Part shown: positions 51,287 to 63,880 of the stretch, in pieces | Numbering within the stretch: position 1 is the first letter of the stretch | Layout: each line of letters starts with the position of its first letter | Assembly: GCA_010909165.1 (NCBI GenBank) | Contig: MU008159.1 | Coordinates: 248,001 to 312,000, forward strand | Length of the DNA stretch: 64,000 nucleotides | Direction: 5' to 3' | From: Anthoceros angustus | Lineage: Eukaryota > Plantae > Anthocerotophyta | Notes under the pieces: model-generated | What the model was told of the DNA's origin: nothing | The model's input: the letters and a program-made list of their open reading frames with translations, nothing else | Databases searched by the model: none | Translations under genes and position numbers: made by a program

Positions 51287-51547
51287 CTCCTAAAATGGGA
51301 CAAGTCTTTCACCTCTCTCGCTAGAAGAAAGAAAAAATCCAACATTTTAAACATGATTTTATGGCTCTATGGCTCTTGCTCCCGCGTCATGCCGCGAAGC
51401 TATTTCTTAACCTTGTCGCGCATCAAGCCGGCTCCTGAAACATGTCACGTTATTAATGCGCATTATTTAGTGTGTGCAGACACCCACAGGCCCACTAACT
51501 AGTCTGGTCTATCCACCTCCCGCCTAATCCATATCGCACCTCCTTGC

Positions 51548-51754
51548 GCCCCATCTCCCTAATGTACTTCTGCTCCCGCCCCATCCATATATCTTCTCCA
51601 TGAAAGGGGCAAGGACTGCCAATTCCATCTCCATACTCCTGCTCTCACCCAGTTATCACGCCATCTCCTAATGTATACTCGCCCCATCCATATATCTTCT
51701 CCATGAAAGGGGCAAGGACTGCCAATTCCATCTCCATACTCCTGCTCTCACCCA
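51548..51754. repeat. ~103-bp tandem duplication
   Basis: GCCCCATCCATATATCTTCTCCATGAAAGGGGCAAGGACTGCC...CTCACCCAG at ~51578 and ~51681. Confidence 0.88.
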
Positions 51755-53848
51755 GGCTATTGGGCTGCCATCTCCGTTAAGGAAGAAGGAAGGAAGAACT
51801 GTAAAAGGGAAAAAAGATCAAGACCTTGTACAAAAGATTTAGGTTCATCATGTACCCCCTCACCGGCCTATAGGATGCTTGATCTTGGTATTCTTACACT
51901 ACTTGAGCATAGCACCTACCATCCACACCTCGTCTGCGGCTAGGGGCATGCATGCACAGAGGTAATGGTTACTAGAGTGTATATGGTGGGCCCTACTCTG
52001 GCATACACGAGCGCATTGATATCTTGAAAAGTTCTATGAACTAGGGCGTGTCAAAGCCTATATTAATTTTACAAAAAAATAAATTTGAATTTATATGTTA
52101 AAATATATTTATAATTTTTTAAAATAAAAAGACTATGTTTTTGGGGCTGAACAGAGCTTGAGTTTGGACTTGCCACCAACCGGAGTGTCATTTTGACCTT
52201 TGGTCTAGATCGTCGCCCTGATCCCACCATGTGTAAAAATCTATGGGGACCGAAGATTCATAGGATTGCCAATCTTTGAGGATGGAGAGAGTGGCCGGCC
52301 GAAATGATAGTTTATTGGCATCGACACCAAGGATACGCAGGAAAGAGGTACCTCCGGTGCACAAACCTCTGACAACTTATTGGCCAACCAACCTGTTCAA
52401 TGCATAAAGAACAAGAAGAAGTCTATTATAGCCTACTTAGAGGGAATTTTCCTGCATGAGACTTGGTACTTCACAACTTACACTATGGTGTGCCTAAGCT
52501 ACTTACGCCAAGGCATCCACTTCTTCTAGGCTCGCCATGCTTGTTTTTGGAAGATTTTGCCATCGTTTCTTGAGGTTATTGCCTCAGGCATATAGGGTGA
52601 GAAGAGCTTTCTGATGATGCCTTGCTTTCTAACTCTTGTGGTCGCATTGCTAAAAACCAAGCTAAACTTGTTGCCCGAAAGCCCAGAGCAGGGTGTCATG
52701 CCATGTGACACTAATTTGAGCGCTTTGGGTTTAGTGTTTGATTAATGTTAATTAATCCATTTACTTATCTTTAAGTCAGTAATTAAGAATAATTAGTCTA
52801 AAGAGCATATCTTAATTAAAATTTGATTAGTGTTATTAAATATAAGCACAAGTAATAATTTTTAGGATATTCCTTGCATATCATAGTGTACTCTTAGGAT
52901 ATTTCCAGCATATTGTGATGCCAATAAGATATCTTAGAAATATGTTGATGCCAAGGGCTAATATGCTAATATATATAGACTCTTTCACAAAGGAAAAGCT
53001 CAGATCATATCTTGTCTTCTAGATATGCAATGCAAGAGTGTTGTGAGGAACCTAAAGGTATGACTCCGAAAGCGATGTGTGAGGAATTAGCGTGTTATTC
53101 TCATGGAGAGAATGTGTTGCGAACTACTCTTCTATTCTTTTTGGTTTGCACCTATTTTTGCATATTAGATTTGTTTTGCTTGGTTGTCGGATGAGGAATT
53201 GCTCATACGAATGCAATTTCTTACCTCGTGCGGCAGGGCCGAATGTTTCGATGAAGTACTATTTCCGTTTCTTGTTGGAATGAGCTAATTGTGGAGAACC
53301 TGGGATTCATTTTTTTGGAATTCAAATCCATTAAATTTGAGGCTAAAAAATAAAAAAAAAAACTCTCAAAATTTTCCAAACAAAAATTGGCTACAAGGCC
53401 AGATAAAGTGCTTAGATGGGTGCCACCCATCCCCTTTGTGGCCTTATGGGGCAATCTCTAATAAACATCATACCCTCGTCTCTACAAGGAGTGACATTTA
53501 AGACAAGAGATGAATTCAATGGAACTCCACATATAAGTGTCACCTATCCCGAGGTTCATGGCCCTACGGGACGTCTCTAATACACATCATGCCCTCGTCT
53601 CTGCAGTACAATGCGAGACTGCCATTGGTAGTGGCGTATGGGTAATGCTATTGGTAGTGGCCTATGGGTAACTCCAAGTACCGCCACGTGTTGTTAGTGG
53701 ATTTTGGGGTTACTCTAGGGGCCGATTGTTAGTGGCCAATGGAATTACCCCATATCAAAATCCTAATGTGGGACTTCGAGGTATATTTTAAAATATCTGT
53801 AAAATTCCCAAATTCACTAACAAATAGCAGCGACTTCCGTCATAATAT

Positions 53849-54050
53849 AAGGACGGATTTCCGTCATGGGACTTGGTACTTAACAACTTGTACCATGGTG
53901 TGCCTAAGCTACTTGCACCAAGAGCATCCACTCCCTTTAGGCACCCCATCTAAGTATCGAACTAAGATCAGGATGCTTAATCACGGCGTTCTTATAAATG
54001 TGTGTCCATTTTGGCCTAAGCCATTTGCGTGTACACACATTGGAATGTGT
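53849..54050. repeat. Inverted copy of the dispersed repeat at 15618-16062
   Basis: AAGGACGGATTTCCGTCATGGGACTTGGTACTTAACAACTTGTACCATGGTGTGCCTAAGC...TGTGTCCATTTTGGCCTAAGCCATTTG is the reverse complement of sequence within 15620-16035. Confidence 0.88.
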
Positions 54051-54965
54051 GTCGAAAAGACCTTGGCCACCCAAGCACAACCTGTACGTCCCTAGTCGAC
54101 ATGAGCCCACTTTCTGTGATCATATCCGACTTGGGCCAGCTGTTCCGCTGGTTTTGACGGTGTCAGCTGCCGACAGGCAATAGTAAGGATGAAAATCCAT
54201 TGTTGTGGATGCTTGCTGCAAGTCGTTGGTAATTTGCCTTTTCTGACACCTCGGCCATGAAATGCGCATTGCCCATGAACAGAAAGGGTTAAAGCAAGAG
54301 GTCGACACATCAGTCGGGCGTGGCGGTGGCAGATTGGGTGTCCAGGCGCGTATCTTCGCTTGGAAGCAGCAGTAAACATTTGAGATATGTTTCTTTTCTT
54401 GTCCCCTGCATTGCCTTGTATTGATTTAACATGAGCCGGATGCTGGAAGCCGGAAGGGAGAATATCCAGCCCCCGGCGCGAGGTGAAGACTGAGTGGCCT
54501 AGAGAGACATCCTGGCTGCCCGCATTCCCCCTGGCGACCCTGTGGGTACCAGGGATTTGGCGCGGCTCTCCTCTGATTAGCTCCTGGCCATTTCCTTCTT
54601 TGCACCAGGATCTGCAGCAATTGGGACAGTTGTACTCGGAGCAGCTGCCTGCTGCTGGGTGATGGTGAAAGAGATGGATGAGGTCAGGGTCAGGGGAGCA
54701 AGAGCGGGAGCAGGAGCAGGAGCAGGAGCATTCTTGGGGACCGGCAAGTTTGTCTGCCTGGCGTGTGCTTGAAGTTTTCGGATTAGTATAGTGCGCATTG
54801 CATTTGTTCTTCGATTGGCGGGCATGGTGTGGTGGGCGATGCGAGGGAGGGGATGTGAGGCAGCAGCCTTGTCAGCAAGTTGTGAGAGTGGAGCTGGTGC
54901 TGCAGATCGGAAGGCGTGGTTAGGAGGAGGAGGAAGGAAGATTGGCTTTGTGGGTTTTTGGAACG

Positions 54966-55961
54966 ATGAACAGGGAGCGGCTACCCAGACTCAACCGCCC
55001 GGTTCCTCTGCCGCTGCCTCTCCCTCCCCCGTCCTTGCTGCAGATGCCTGTGTCTATTGACAACGGGGTTGGGTCAAGGAAGGATGTGGTGTGCAGCTTG
55101 GATCGGAATGTGGCCCTGGAGGACCTGGAGAGGCTGATGCTGCTCGGTTCCGGGAGCGGAGGGAAAGTGTACAAAGTGCAGCACAGGGTGACGGGCCAGC
55201 TTTACGCCCTGAAGGTGATTCAGGAGAAGCATGAGTCCATCCGGAAGCAGATCATACAGGAGATGCAGATTCTGAGGACTACGAAGAACAGGCATGTGAT
55301 TCAATGCTATGGAGTGTTTGAGAACGAAGGGGAGGTTTCCTTCGTGCTGGAGTACATGGATTGCGGCACCCTGGCTGATGTGCTGCAGGCTCAAGGCCGG
55401 ATCCAGGAACACCATCTCGCGGAAGTGACCAAGCAGGTGCTGACAGGGTTGTGTTACCTGCACAAGAGCAAGATCGTGCACCGGGACATCAAGCCTTCCA
55501 ACCTACTGCTCAACAGGGGGCAGGAGGTGAAGATTGCGGACTTCGGTGTGAGCATTGTGCTGGCTCACACCATGGCTCAGTGCAACTCGTTTGTGGGCAC
55601 ATGTGCTTACATGAGCCCCGAGCGGATGAACCCTGACGCCAATGGCGGCTACTGCGGTGTCTCTGCAGACATCTGGAGCTTAGGGCTCACGCTCTTCGAG
55701 TGCTTCCTGGGCAGATTCCCGTGCCTCAAGCCCGGGGAGAAGTGCGACTGGGTCACCCTCATGTATGTCATCGGCCTGGGCGAGCCTCCTCCCCCGCCTC
55801 CAGATGCTTCTCCACAGTTCCAGGACTTCATCAGGTCTTGCTTGAAAAGGGATCCTAACCAACGGCCCTCTGCTGCAAGCCTCCTCGGGCACCCATTCCT
55901 GACCCAGTACGATGGCCAGCCTCGGAGCTTGGCTGCTTTGTTGAGGTCTACGGACTTGTGA
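54966..55961 (+). CDS. Mitogen-activated protein kinase kinase (group C/D, MKK4/5/7/9-like), intronless
   Basis: Basic/Pro-rich docking site; GSGSGGKVYK, YALKVI, VHRDIKPSNLL, DFG, activation loop T-MAQCN-S, FVGTCAYMSPER, DIWSLG. Confidence 0.95.
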   Translation: MNRERLPRLNRPVPLPLPLPPPSLLQMPVSIDNGVGSRKDVVCSLDRNVALEDLERLMLLGSGSGGKVYKVQHRVTGQLYALKVIQEKHESIRKQIIQEMQILRTTKNRHVIQCYGVFENEGEVSFVLEYMDCGTLADVLQAQGRIQEHHLAEVTKQVLTGLCYLHKSKIVHRDIKPSNLLLNRGQEVKIADFGVSIVLAHTMAQCNSFVGTCAYMSPERMNPDANGGYCGVSADIWSLGLTLFECFLGRFPCLKPGEKCDWVTLMYVIGLGEPPPPPPDASPQFQDFIRSCLKRDPNQRPSAASLLGHPFLTQYDGQPRSLAALLRSTDL

Positions 55962-56568
55962 CCCCATTGAGGATGGTACTACCACCTCATCCCTGCTTCA
56001 GGCTCTCCAAGAGAATGTGCTTCATGCTTCCAGACAGTCTGTAGTACTGGCATGAGTTGTTCCTTTCCAGATCTTATGTTTGGCTCTGCGTCCTTGCAGA
56101 TCTTACATACTGTATGTGTATATTATCCAGCATACCTGCCCCCACGAGATGGGCCGCAGGAATCTCACCTTGTTGTCTCACGTTCAATGTCCCGAACACA
56201 GATCCGTGCGCTGCAATCCAGGTCGTGGCCAGTTTAGCACTTGCCCTCCTCGTATGCTTGAAAAGAGTGCAGCCATTTGTAAATGTTTAAAATGGGCTGC
56301 CAAAAGATGGAAGACGAGCTGACTGTTCATTCGCACAAAGATAACCTCCTTCAGAGACCCGAGTGTGAATTCCTCGATCATCCCCGCACCAAGTGATGGA
56401 GCTCTTCCGCTCTTCTTCCTCCCCTTAAACAACAAGAGCATCAATGGAGCAATCCCGCTAATTGTGGCGGAGCTTAGGGCAGAAGAACCTGGCTGGATCG
56501 GGCTGTGCTCCTGCTGCCTGATTTGGAAGTGCGGGAAGGTTTGATGCCTGAAATGCAAGTGGGCAGGC

Positions 56569-57945
56569 ATGGTGGAGCCATCCGGGAATGCAAGCAGGAG
56601 GCTACGGCTGCCGCAGCGCTACGTGACTGTCCTACTGACGTTTCTCTGCACCTGCGTGTGCTACATCGAGCGGGTGGGATTCTCCCTGGCCTACACCGCC
56701 TCTGCCACTGCTGCGGGTGTGAATGAAGCTACCAAGGGCCAGATCCTCTCCGTCTTCTACCATGGCTACGCAAGCTCGCAGATCATGGGAGGCTGGGCTG
56801 CGCAGCGGTATGGGGGCAGGCGCATTCTTCTCCTATCGTTCGTGCTGTGGTCCGTGACGTCGGCGCTGACCCCGACAAACGCAGCTTCTGTGGTGGGATT
56901 GGTGGTGGCCCGCCTGCTGGTGGGGATGGCGCAAGGATTTATCTTCCCTTCCATCCACGCCGTGCTGGCGCAGTGGGTGCCTCCTCATGAGCGCTCTCGA
57001 TCTGTGTCGCTCACCACTTCCGGGATGTACCTTGGAGCTGCTCTTGGGATGCTGTTTCTGCCCAATCTGGTGGCAATTGGAGCGAGGACTGAGTTTGTGT
57101 TCGTTGCTGGGATGGGGGCGGTGTGGACTCTGGTGTGGTACAGGCTTTCGACCGATCCTCGAGAGCTTGTGCTCCCGAGAGTCGTGTCCTTGTCGGATTT
57201 GAGCTCAGCCACTGTGGCGGAACGCACCAAACTTGTGCATTCTGGGGTATCTGGGGAGGAGAACGGTGATGGCGTGGTTCGAGAGAAGAAGAAGGTGGAG
57301 AGGCGGAGGGTCATACCCTGGAAGAAAATTCTGCTCAGCCAGGCAGTCTGGGCCATCGTGGTGAACAACTTCACGTTCCATTATGCGCTCTATGTGCTCA
57401 TGAACTGGTTGCCGACTTACTTCAATCAGGGGTTGAAGATCAGTCTGCAGAACATGGGCTTCTCCAAGATGCTGCCCTATTTTGTGATGTTTGTCTTCTC
57501 CAATGTGGGAGGGGTGGTTGCTGACTACCTCATCACCAGGAGGGTTTGCTCAATTACCAACACAAGAAAGCTTCTCAACACAATTGGATTTGCCTTGGCA
57601 TCCGGTGCTCTTGTGCTGATGCCGCAGGTTACGTCTGCTGGAGGTGCCGTGTTTTGTTCGTCTGTTGCTCTGGGATCTTGTGCTTTGGCCAGGGCAGGCT
57701 TTGCCGTGAACCATATGGACATAGCACCAAAGTATGCTGGAATATTGATGGGGATATCTAATACAGCAGGTACCTTGGCTGGCTCCATAGGTGTGGCGGC
57801 CACCGGTCACATTCTTCACGCTTCAGCTCTAGGCTCTTCCGATCCCAGCAGCTGGAAGATGGTATTTGCTACTCCTGCGGTGCTGTGTGTAGCTAGTTCT
57901 ATTGTTTTCTTATTTTTCTCTTCAGGAGACAAGCTGTTCGACTAG
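56569..57945 (+). CDS. PHT4;6: MFS anion/phosphate transporter PHT4;6 (ANTR5)-like, intronless
   Basis: LPQRYVTVLLTFLCTCVCYIERVGFS, WVPPHERSRSVSLTTSGMYLG, FHYALYVLMNWLPTYF, GFAVNHMDIAPKYAG; multiple TM segments. Confidence 0.93.
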   Translation: MVEPSGNASRRLRLPQRYVTVLLTFLCTCVCYIERVGFSLAYTASATAAGVNEATKGQILSVFYHGYASSQIMGGWAAQRYGGRRILLLSFVLWSVTSALTPTNAASVVGLVVARLLVGMAQGFIFPSIHAVLAQWVPPHERSRSVSLTTSGMYLGAALGMLFLPNLVAIGARTEFVFVAGMGAVWTLVWYRLSTDPRELVLPRVVSLSDLSSATVAERTKLVHSGVSGEENGDGVVREKKKVERRRVIPWKKILLSQAVWAIVVNNFTFHYALYVLMNWLPTYFNQGLKISLQNMGFSKMLPYFVMFVFSNVGGVVADYLITRRVCSITNTRKLLNTIGFALASGALVLMPQVTSAGGAVFCSSVALGSCALARAGFAVNHMDIAPKYAGILMGISNTAGTLAGSIGVAATGHILHASALGSSDPSSWKMVFATPAVLCVASSIVFLFFSSGDKLFD

Positions 57946-59325
57946 TCACCTGAATGGGAGGGGACCACGAGATTTTAGACACGTATTCGCCACTTACTGA
58001 GTTGTGCTACATGCTTAGTCTTTGGTTGAATTTTGTGTCTATGGTCAAAATGGAGCAGCGGAAGACATGAGAGCCACCTAGGAAGACCTGGTGCTCTACA
58101 GATGTCATGTCTTTCTGCAATCCATGGCATGGAAGCCTGCGTATTATGGTTCTGCGTTGCCGAAGACAAATTATGTCAAGCGGATACGAACAGCAGGTAC
58201 ATTTCAAACTTGCGGACGAATTCTGTCGGATGTGTTTCATGTTGTATCACACTACTGCTCACATAGGTTGAAACACGTCTTTGTGCATCTCAGAGTCGCT
58301 AAGGTGAGTTCTTGCTACGAGTAGAGGAGGTCAATCGCGGAGTGACTGTGGAGAAGCTGGATGGTATCAAACGGTGAACTGATATGAGACCGGAGATGAT
58401 TTCCTGTAAGAGATCTGGTACTCTGGATTTTTACCGTCTCCTTCCAAGGCGGCTCTAGAATTCTGTGATATCCTCACGAATTTTGACCCTAACACACTTT
58501 TGCACAACTGATGGAAGCTCTTCAGTCTGGCCAATGTTTCGTAAACAATTCACCTCACTAATGTACTCCACCCACGATTAGATACTCTTTGACACGAGGG
58601 TTTGAGGGGTTAGGGTTTCAGCTGCACGGTGAGTATCGTATTTTGGGAACTCGATTCTTTGGTGTGGCAAAAATCTCAGTTTCTCAGGAATTCGCGAGCA
58701 ACACGAGGCAGACCCTGAGGTCGCAAATGAGCGTCGATCACAGTGGTGATCACAAGTGGAGCCGCTTGCAGCTGCAATTCGACAAGCACACAATACTCTC
58801 GCAGCAACTGTGGAACTGCTGATTCCAGACTGAAAAGAGGTGTGCGCACGCTCCAAAGAGATCTGGGCGCACAGTTTAGGGTGTGAGGGTTAGGGTGTTG
58901 AGACAAATTCCTGTCATCCGGGAGAGCAAATTGATCAGGGCATCAGGATTTTAGGACAAATTGATCTCATCCGATTCCTTCCTGTACACCGAAAGGATGC
59001 TCGGATGCCGATTCAGGTATGTCACATATGACGGTAGTGGCACTTCGTGATTTTGTCCTGCAGTGCTTGTGAGGCAAGCTCATTTCGTAACAGGCACAAA
59101 TCTGAATCTGCAGGCTTTGATGGACGGACGGCGCTGACAACATACCAAATAGCCATTTCCAGCCCTGGCCAAGTGTAGCCCGGGAATCTAGACTCCGCAT
59201 CGAATGTATCGCGGTGATTTTTTTAACGAATGGAAAGATCCATTCATACAATGGAAGACAAGTGTGGCAAATATACAACACTGACAGCAACTGTGGAACT
59301 GCTGATTCCTGACACCTTGCATGCT

Positions 59326-59779
59326 CTAGCAAGCTAGAGCCCTCAACTGGCGGCCGTTGGTGCCGCTAGCCCAGACGGCGTCGCCCTTGCTGTTGTACAT
59401 GACCAGGTTGCCGTCTTCCTGGAGGAAGAGGCCGTGACCCCCGTCGTTGAGGTTGGATTTAGAGGTGGCCCACACAGCCCAGTCCTCGCCATTGAGGTGG
59501 GAATAGACGACGGCATTGCCGTCGAACTGCATAGCCAAAAAGCACACCGAGCCGTCACCGTTGGTTCCCGTCGCCCATAGCGGGCGGTCGCCATCTTTGT
59601 AGAGCACCAAGTTGCAGTCCACCTGCATGACGAGCCGGTACTCCCCCGCCTCCAGAGACCGGCCGACCGTCAGCCTGTCCCCGGTGTCATCTCGCTCAGC
59701 GCTGTTGCCCGCTCCATCAAACCCGCACTCTCAAGCACATGCACAGAATCATCAGCACTGCCATCTTGACAGCCCCCAT
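59326..59779 (-). pseudogene. GNA/bulb-type mannose-binding lectin; signal peptide out of frame with lectin domain as assembled
   Basis: Three QxDxNxVxY motifs (QVDCNLVLY, QFDGNAVVY, QEDGNLVMY). Upstream MGAVKMAVLMILCMCLRVRV* is in another frame, and the lectin frame has a TGA at ~59731. Confidence 0.75.
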
Positions 59780-61536
59780 GATCGAGGCCAGTTGCTAGGA
59801 AACAGTCATGCAAGGAAGTGGTGTTTCTGTGGGCTGCCACTCAGTTAGCGGGCGCGCGAACCATCTGAGTGTTCACAAACAATTCGTTCGAATTATTGCT
59901 GCCTAGAGCCTCCCAGTCCCGTCCTGGTGCTGCCTCGAAGTTTCCGGTGCCGGCCCGAAGTGAGCCCAGCATATTCTTGATCTTGACGTGTCTTCTTTGG
60001 TAAGATTCCGTGTGGCCTGCAACGACCGTGTTGTTAGCCGGCCGTTGCCTGTTCATCCTTCACGCTCGAGGGACATCCGTGCCCACAGTTTATGTTAGGC
60101 GATATACGAGTGTTAGGCAACATACGGACACATATGTATACCTTGCCCGACACGATATCAGACGAGCCACCGCCATGGCTGTGGATATAAATGGAGAACT
60201 GCATAGCCAAAAGCACACCGAGCCGTCACCGTTGGTTCCGTCGCCCATAGCGGGCGGTCGCCATCTTTGTAGAGCACCAAGTTGCAGTCCACCTGCATGA
60301 CGAGCCGGTACTCCCCGCCTCCAGAGACCGGCCGACCGTCAGCCTGTCCCCGGTGTCATCTCGCTCAGCGCTGTTGCCCGCTCCATCAAACCCGCACTCT
60401 CAAGCACATGCACAGAATCATCAGCACTGCCATCTTGACAGCCCCATGATCGAGGCCAGTTGCTAGGAAACAGTCATGCAAGGAAGTGGTGTTTCTGTGG
60501 GCTGCCACTCAGTTAGCGGGCGCGCGAACCATCTGAGTGTTCACAAACAATTCGTTCGAATTATTGCTGCCTAGAGCCTCCCAGTCCCGTCCTGGTGCTG
60601 CCTCGAAGTTTCCGGTGCCGGCCCGAAGTGAGCCCAGCATATTCTTGATCTTGACGTGTCTTCTTTGGTAAGATTCCGTGTGGCCTGCAACGACCGTGTT
60701 GTTAGCCGGCCGTTGCCTGTTCATCCTTCACGCTCGAGGGACATCCGTGCCCACAGTTTATGTTAGGCGATATACGAGTGTTAGGCAACATACGGACACA
60801 TATGTATACCTTGCCCGACACGATATCAGACGAGCCACCGCCATGGCTGTGGATATAAATGGAGAACTGCATAGCCAAAAGCACACCGAGCCGTCACCGT
60901 TGGTTCCGTCGCCCATAGCGGGCGGTCGCCATCTTTGTAGAGCACCAAGTTGCAGTCCACCTGCATGACGAGCCGGTACTCCCCGCCTCCAGAGACCGGC
61001 CGACCGTCAGCCTGTCCCCGGTGTCATCTCGCTCAGCGCTGTTGCCCGCTCCATCAAACCCGCACTCTCAAGCACATGCACAGAATCATCAGCACTGCCA
61101 TCTTGACAGCCCCATGATCGAGGCCAGTTGCTAGGAAACAGTCATGCAAGGAAGTGGTGTTTCTGTGGGCTGCCACTCAGTTAGCGGGCGCGCGAACCAT
61201 CTGAGTGTTCACAAACAATTCGTTCGAATTATTGCTGCCTAGAGCCTCCCAGTCCCGTCCTGGTGCTGCCTCGAAGTTTCCGGTGCCGGCCCGAAGTGAG
61301 CCCAGCATATTCTTGATCTTGACGTGTCTTCTTTGGTAAGATTCCGTGTGGCCTGCAACGACCGTGTTGTTAGCCGGCCGTTGCCTGTTCATCCTTCACG
61401 CTCGAGGGACATCCGTGCCCACAGTTTATGTTAGGCGATATACGAGTGTTAGGCAACATACGGACACATATGTATACCTTGCCCGACACGATATCAGATG
61501 AGCCACCGCCATGGCTGTGGATATAAATGGAGAACT
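59524..61536. repeat. Tandem triplication of a ~668-bp unit (lectin 5' half plus upstream region)
   Basis: Units start at 59524, 60196 and 60864. Identical ORFs recur at 668-bp spacing. GAACT microhomology at the junctions. Confidence 0.95.
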
Positions 61537-61899
61537 CATGTATGCAGTGTAAGGCAAAGTTTTTGGTACTCTTCACCGCCTCGAGCTTAAGGCGGTATCG
61601 AGCCTCGCCCAACGCTCGTGACGTGGTGCGGACGAAGGAGTTGGCCAAGGGCGGTCTCGACACGCCGGCACAGGGAATTTGAAGCGACCATGGGGAGCTG
61701 GCGTGGATGCTCGGCGGCACTGGCCGCTGCCTCAAATGAAAGGATTGCCCGATTGGAGCGGGCATCGGTGAGCGGATTGCTCATCTTGAGCAAGCGTTCG
61801 GCCTTGCAAATCCATCGGGACCCTATGTCACGGCTTCAAGGTATGGAAAAGGTAAAGGGATCGAGGCGGAGAACCCGATGGGAAAGAGGAGCTAGGGGC

Positions 61900-62780
61900 G
61901 TTGGATCTGGATTGATCAAGTGAAAGGTAACGTAATAGCCTACGGTTGGTGCCCCACCGCAGAGATCCGCAGCCGGATTTTTGCGGGAACGCGTCTACTT
62001 GGTGGCTACGATGCGAGTCAGTCTGGCGCAGGGACCGCGATTTGGGCAGTTAGATGAGTTTTGATAGCCCTCCGAACCGCGTTTGTTCCACGGAGGGTCC
62101 GGAGGTCGCCCGAGATAAAGTGTGGGCGGGTGCAGAGGAAGAGTGTTGTTGAATACAATCGTGAGTTTTTGGAGCTGGTGATGGCCATACCGATATGAGT
62201 GAAGCGAAACAGGCAGCTACACTCGAGGATTGAAGTTTCACGGTTAAAGAAGTGAAACTACGGACGCCGGACATTGCGGATGCAATGACACTAGCAAAGA
62301 CGAGATGCCCTTTACTACGGTCGTCTGGGATAAGGGATGGGGCCTTTACGGATTACATTCGTTGCACAATAACTCCGTTGCCGATTAATTGTGATGTAAT
62401 CTTGGGGATGGAGGTGGTGTATAGGAGGCACCCCATTCATTTTAGAGACGGATCACGAGCCATCGAATATCTTCAAACTCAAACACATTTGAGTAGGAAG
62501 CGAGCTCATTCACAGGTGAGCACTTCGACAATACAACTTTTCGATTCAACATATTTCGGTGAGCGAGAATCGTGTGGCGGATGTCTGTTGCTGCTTCTTA
62601 CTCGCTATTAATGTACAAGCGGGTGATGAGTTCCTTGCGACTTCTGCGAGACCACATTGCCAAGGATGCTCTGCAAGTTACTGGGATCTTGGGCGCATGG
62701 ACTCAATCGATAGTCTTCTTCATTTCGAGGTAGGCTTTATGTTCCTCCACTACCACATGTTCGCCTTATAACACGATATC
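61900..62780 (+). mobile_element. Degenerate Ty3/gypsy gag-protease remnant
   Basis: ITPLPINCDVILGM...HP.IHF resembles the gypsy aspartic-protease C-terminal DVILGM.WL...P.I.W motif; many stops. Confidence 0.55.
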
Positions 62781-62792
62781 TTGTGAAGGGGG

Positions 62793-62914
62793 TTAATATT
62801 CACGAAGGGGTTTCACGGAAATATCACGAAGGGGTTTGACATGGGTCCATAACTCGTGGTTATAGAGGTATGAATGAATATAGGCGAGAAAAGAAGGGTG
62901 AACTTTCGTGTGAA
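62793..62914. repeat. LTR-like direct repeat (second copy at 63888-64000)
   Basis: TTAATATTCACGAAGGGGTTTCACGGAAATATC...GGTTATAGAGGTATGAATGAATATAGGCGA...GAAGGGTGAACT occurs twice. Confidence 0.75.
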
Positions 62915-63329
62915 GCATTGACATGAGGTTCATTTCTTGCCGGTGAAGGGGTTAAGGTGCAAGAGGTAACCCTATTTTGGGTGCATATAAGACCCATGTG
63001 AAGGACCATTCACGCCACCGCTGGTCTTCCTAGCCAAAACACCCTTAACATTCATAAAAGGACGGTGATCGGTGGATGAGCTGCGAACCCGTGATGGCGA
63101 CCAAGGATGTTTGAGGAGTAGGGCGGCCGGCGCCGGCCCCTGGCGTTGACCTATTGGGAAAGGCGGGTAGTAGCAGGCCTTTGCTCATTGTGTGTACACA
63201 AAGACTATATGTGGGGTGAGTGGGTGGCTTCCGCACACCATAAATTGAGCCCAAGAATATAATCACATTGTTAAAACCCAAAGACTACAATCGGCATACG
63301 GAAAACGTGGATAGTTCCGCGTCATCGCA

Positions 63330-63880
63330 CACAAACATGCCGTGAGCTACACATGTGTTGCTGTAATATGCCGAATGCCAAGCCATTAACTACTACCATA
63401 CTTCCTCCATGTCCTCCCGCTTATGGAAATGGCTTGCACATCGAAAATTCTATAGCATGTGAAGTCTACGAGGTATCTGAGAAAGCAGCACAACCAATAT
63501 TCTATCATGGGCCTACACTCTTTTGAGACATATGTGTCTGTGAGGAGCACTGAGCACGCATAGCCTCCCAAGATCCCATGCAAGATGACACAACATTGAG
63601 GGCTTTCTACTCTTCTCCGGGCCACTCCATCATCTTGTTGGGTCCGGCATCATGACCATCATCTTCACTATCCTCGGTGGGACTTTCACTCATTGGTTGA
63701 ATGAAGCCTCAACGCAATGAACTTCTCTTTGATTGCCTTCTTATCTACAGTACAAGTGTCTCGCGTAGTCAATGTGAACCCATAATAGAGGATGACAGTT
63801 TCGTGAACAAAAACCTTTTGGATATTTTTTGATGGATGGATTTCGCCCCTTTTCCCTGCATTGCTCGCAGTCCGTGGCAT
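63330..63880 (-). mobile_element. Highly decayed gypsy RT/RNase H-like fragment
   Basis: Weak residual similarity (ILYYGFTL...VDKKAIKE; CCVIL.G.LGG; RYLVDF) between the two LTR-like repeats. Confidence 0.35.

Noticed and set aside
52690-53300. Possible solo LTR beginning TGTCATGCC
   Set aside because: No second copy, PBS or TSD identifiable within the window.
58590-59320. Telomere-like TTAGGG/TTTAGGG words, a repeated CAGCAACTGTGGAACTGCTGATTCC and faint PPR-like peptide (LAKC..NLDSA.NV)
   Set aside because: Only isolated telomere words (telo-box level); PPR similarity too degraded to annotate without an alignment.
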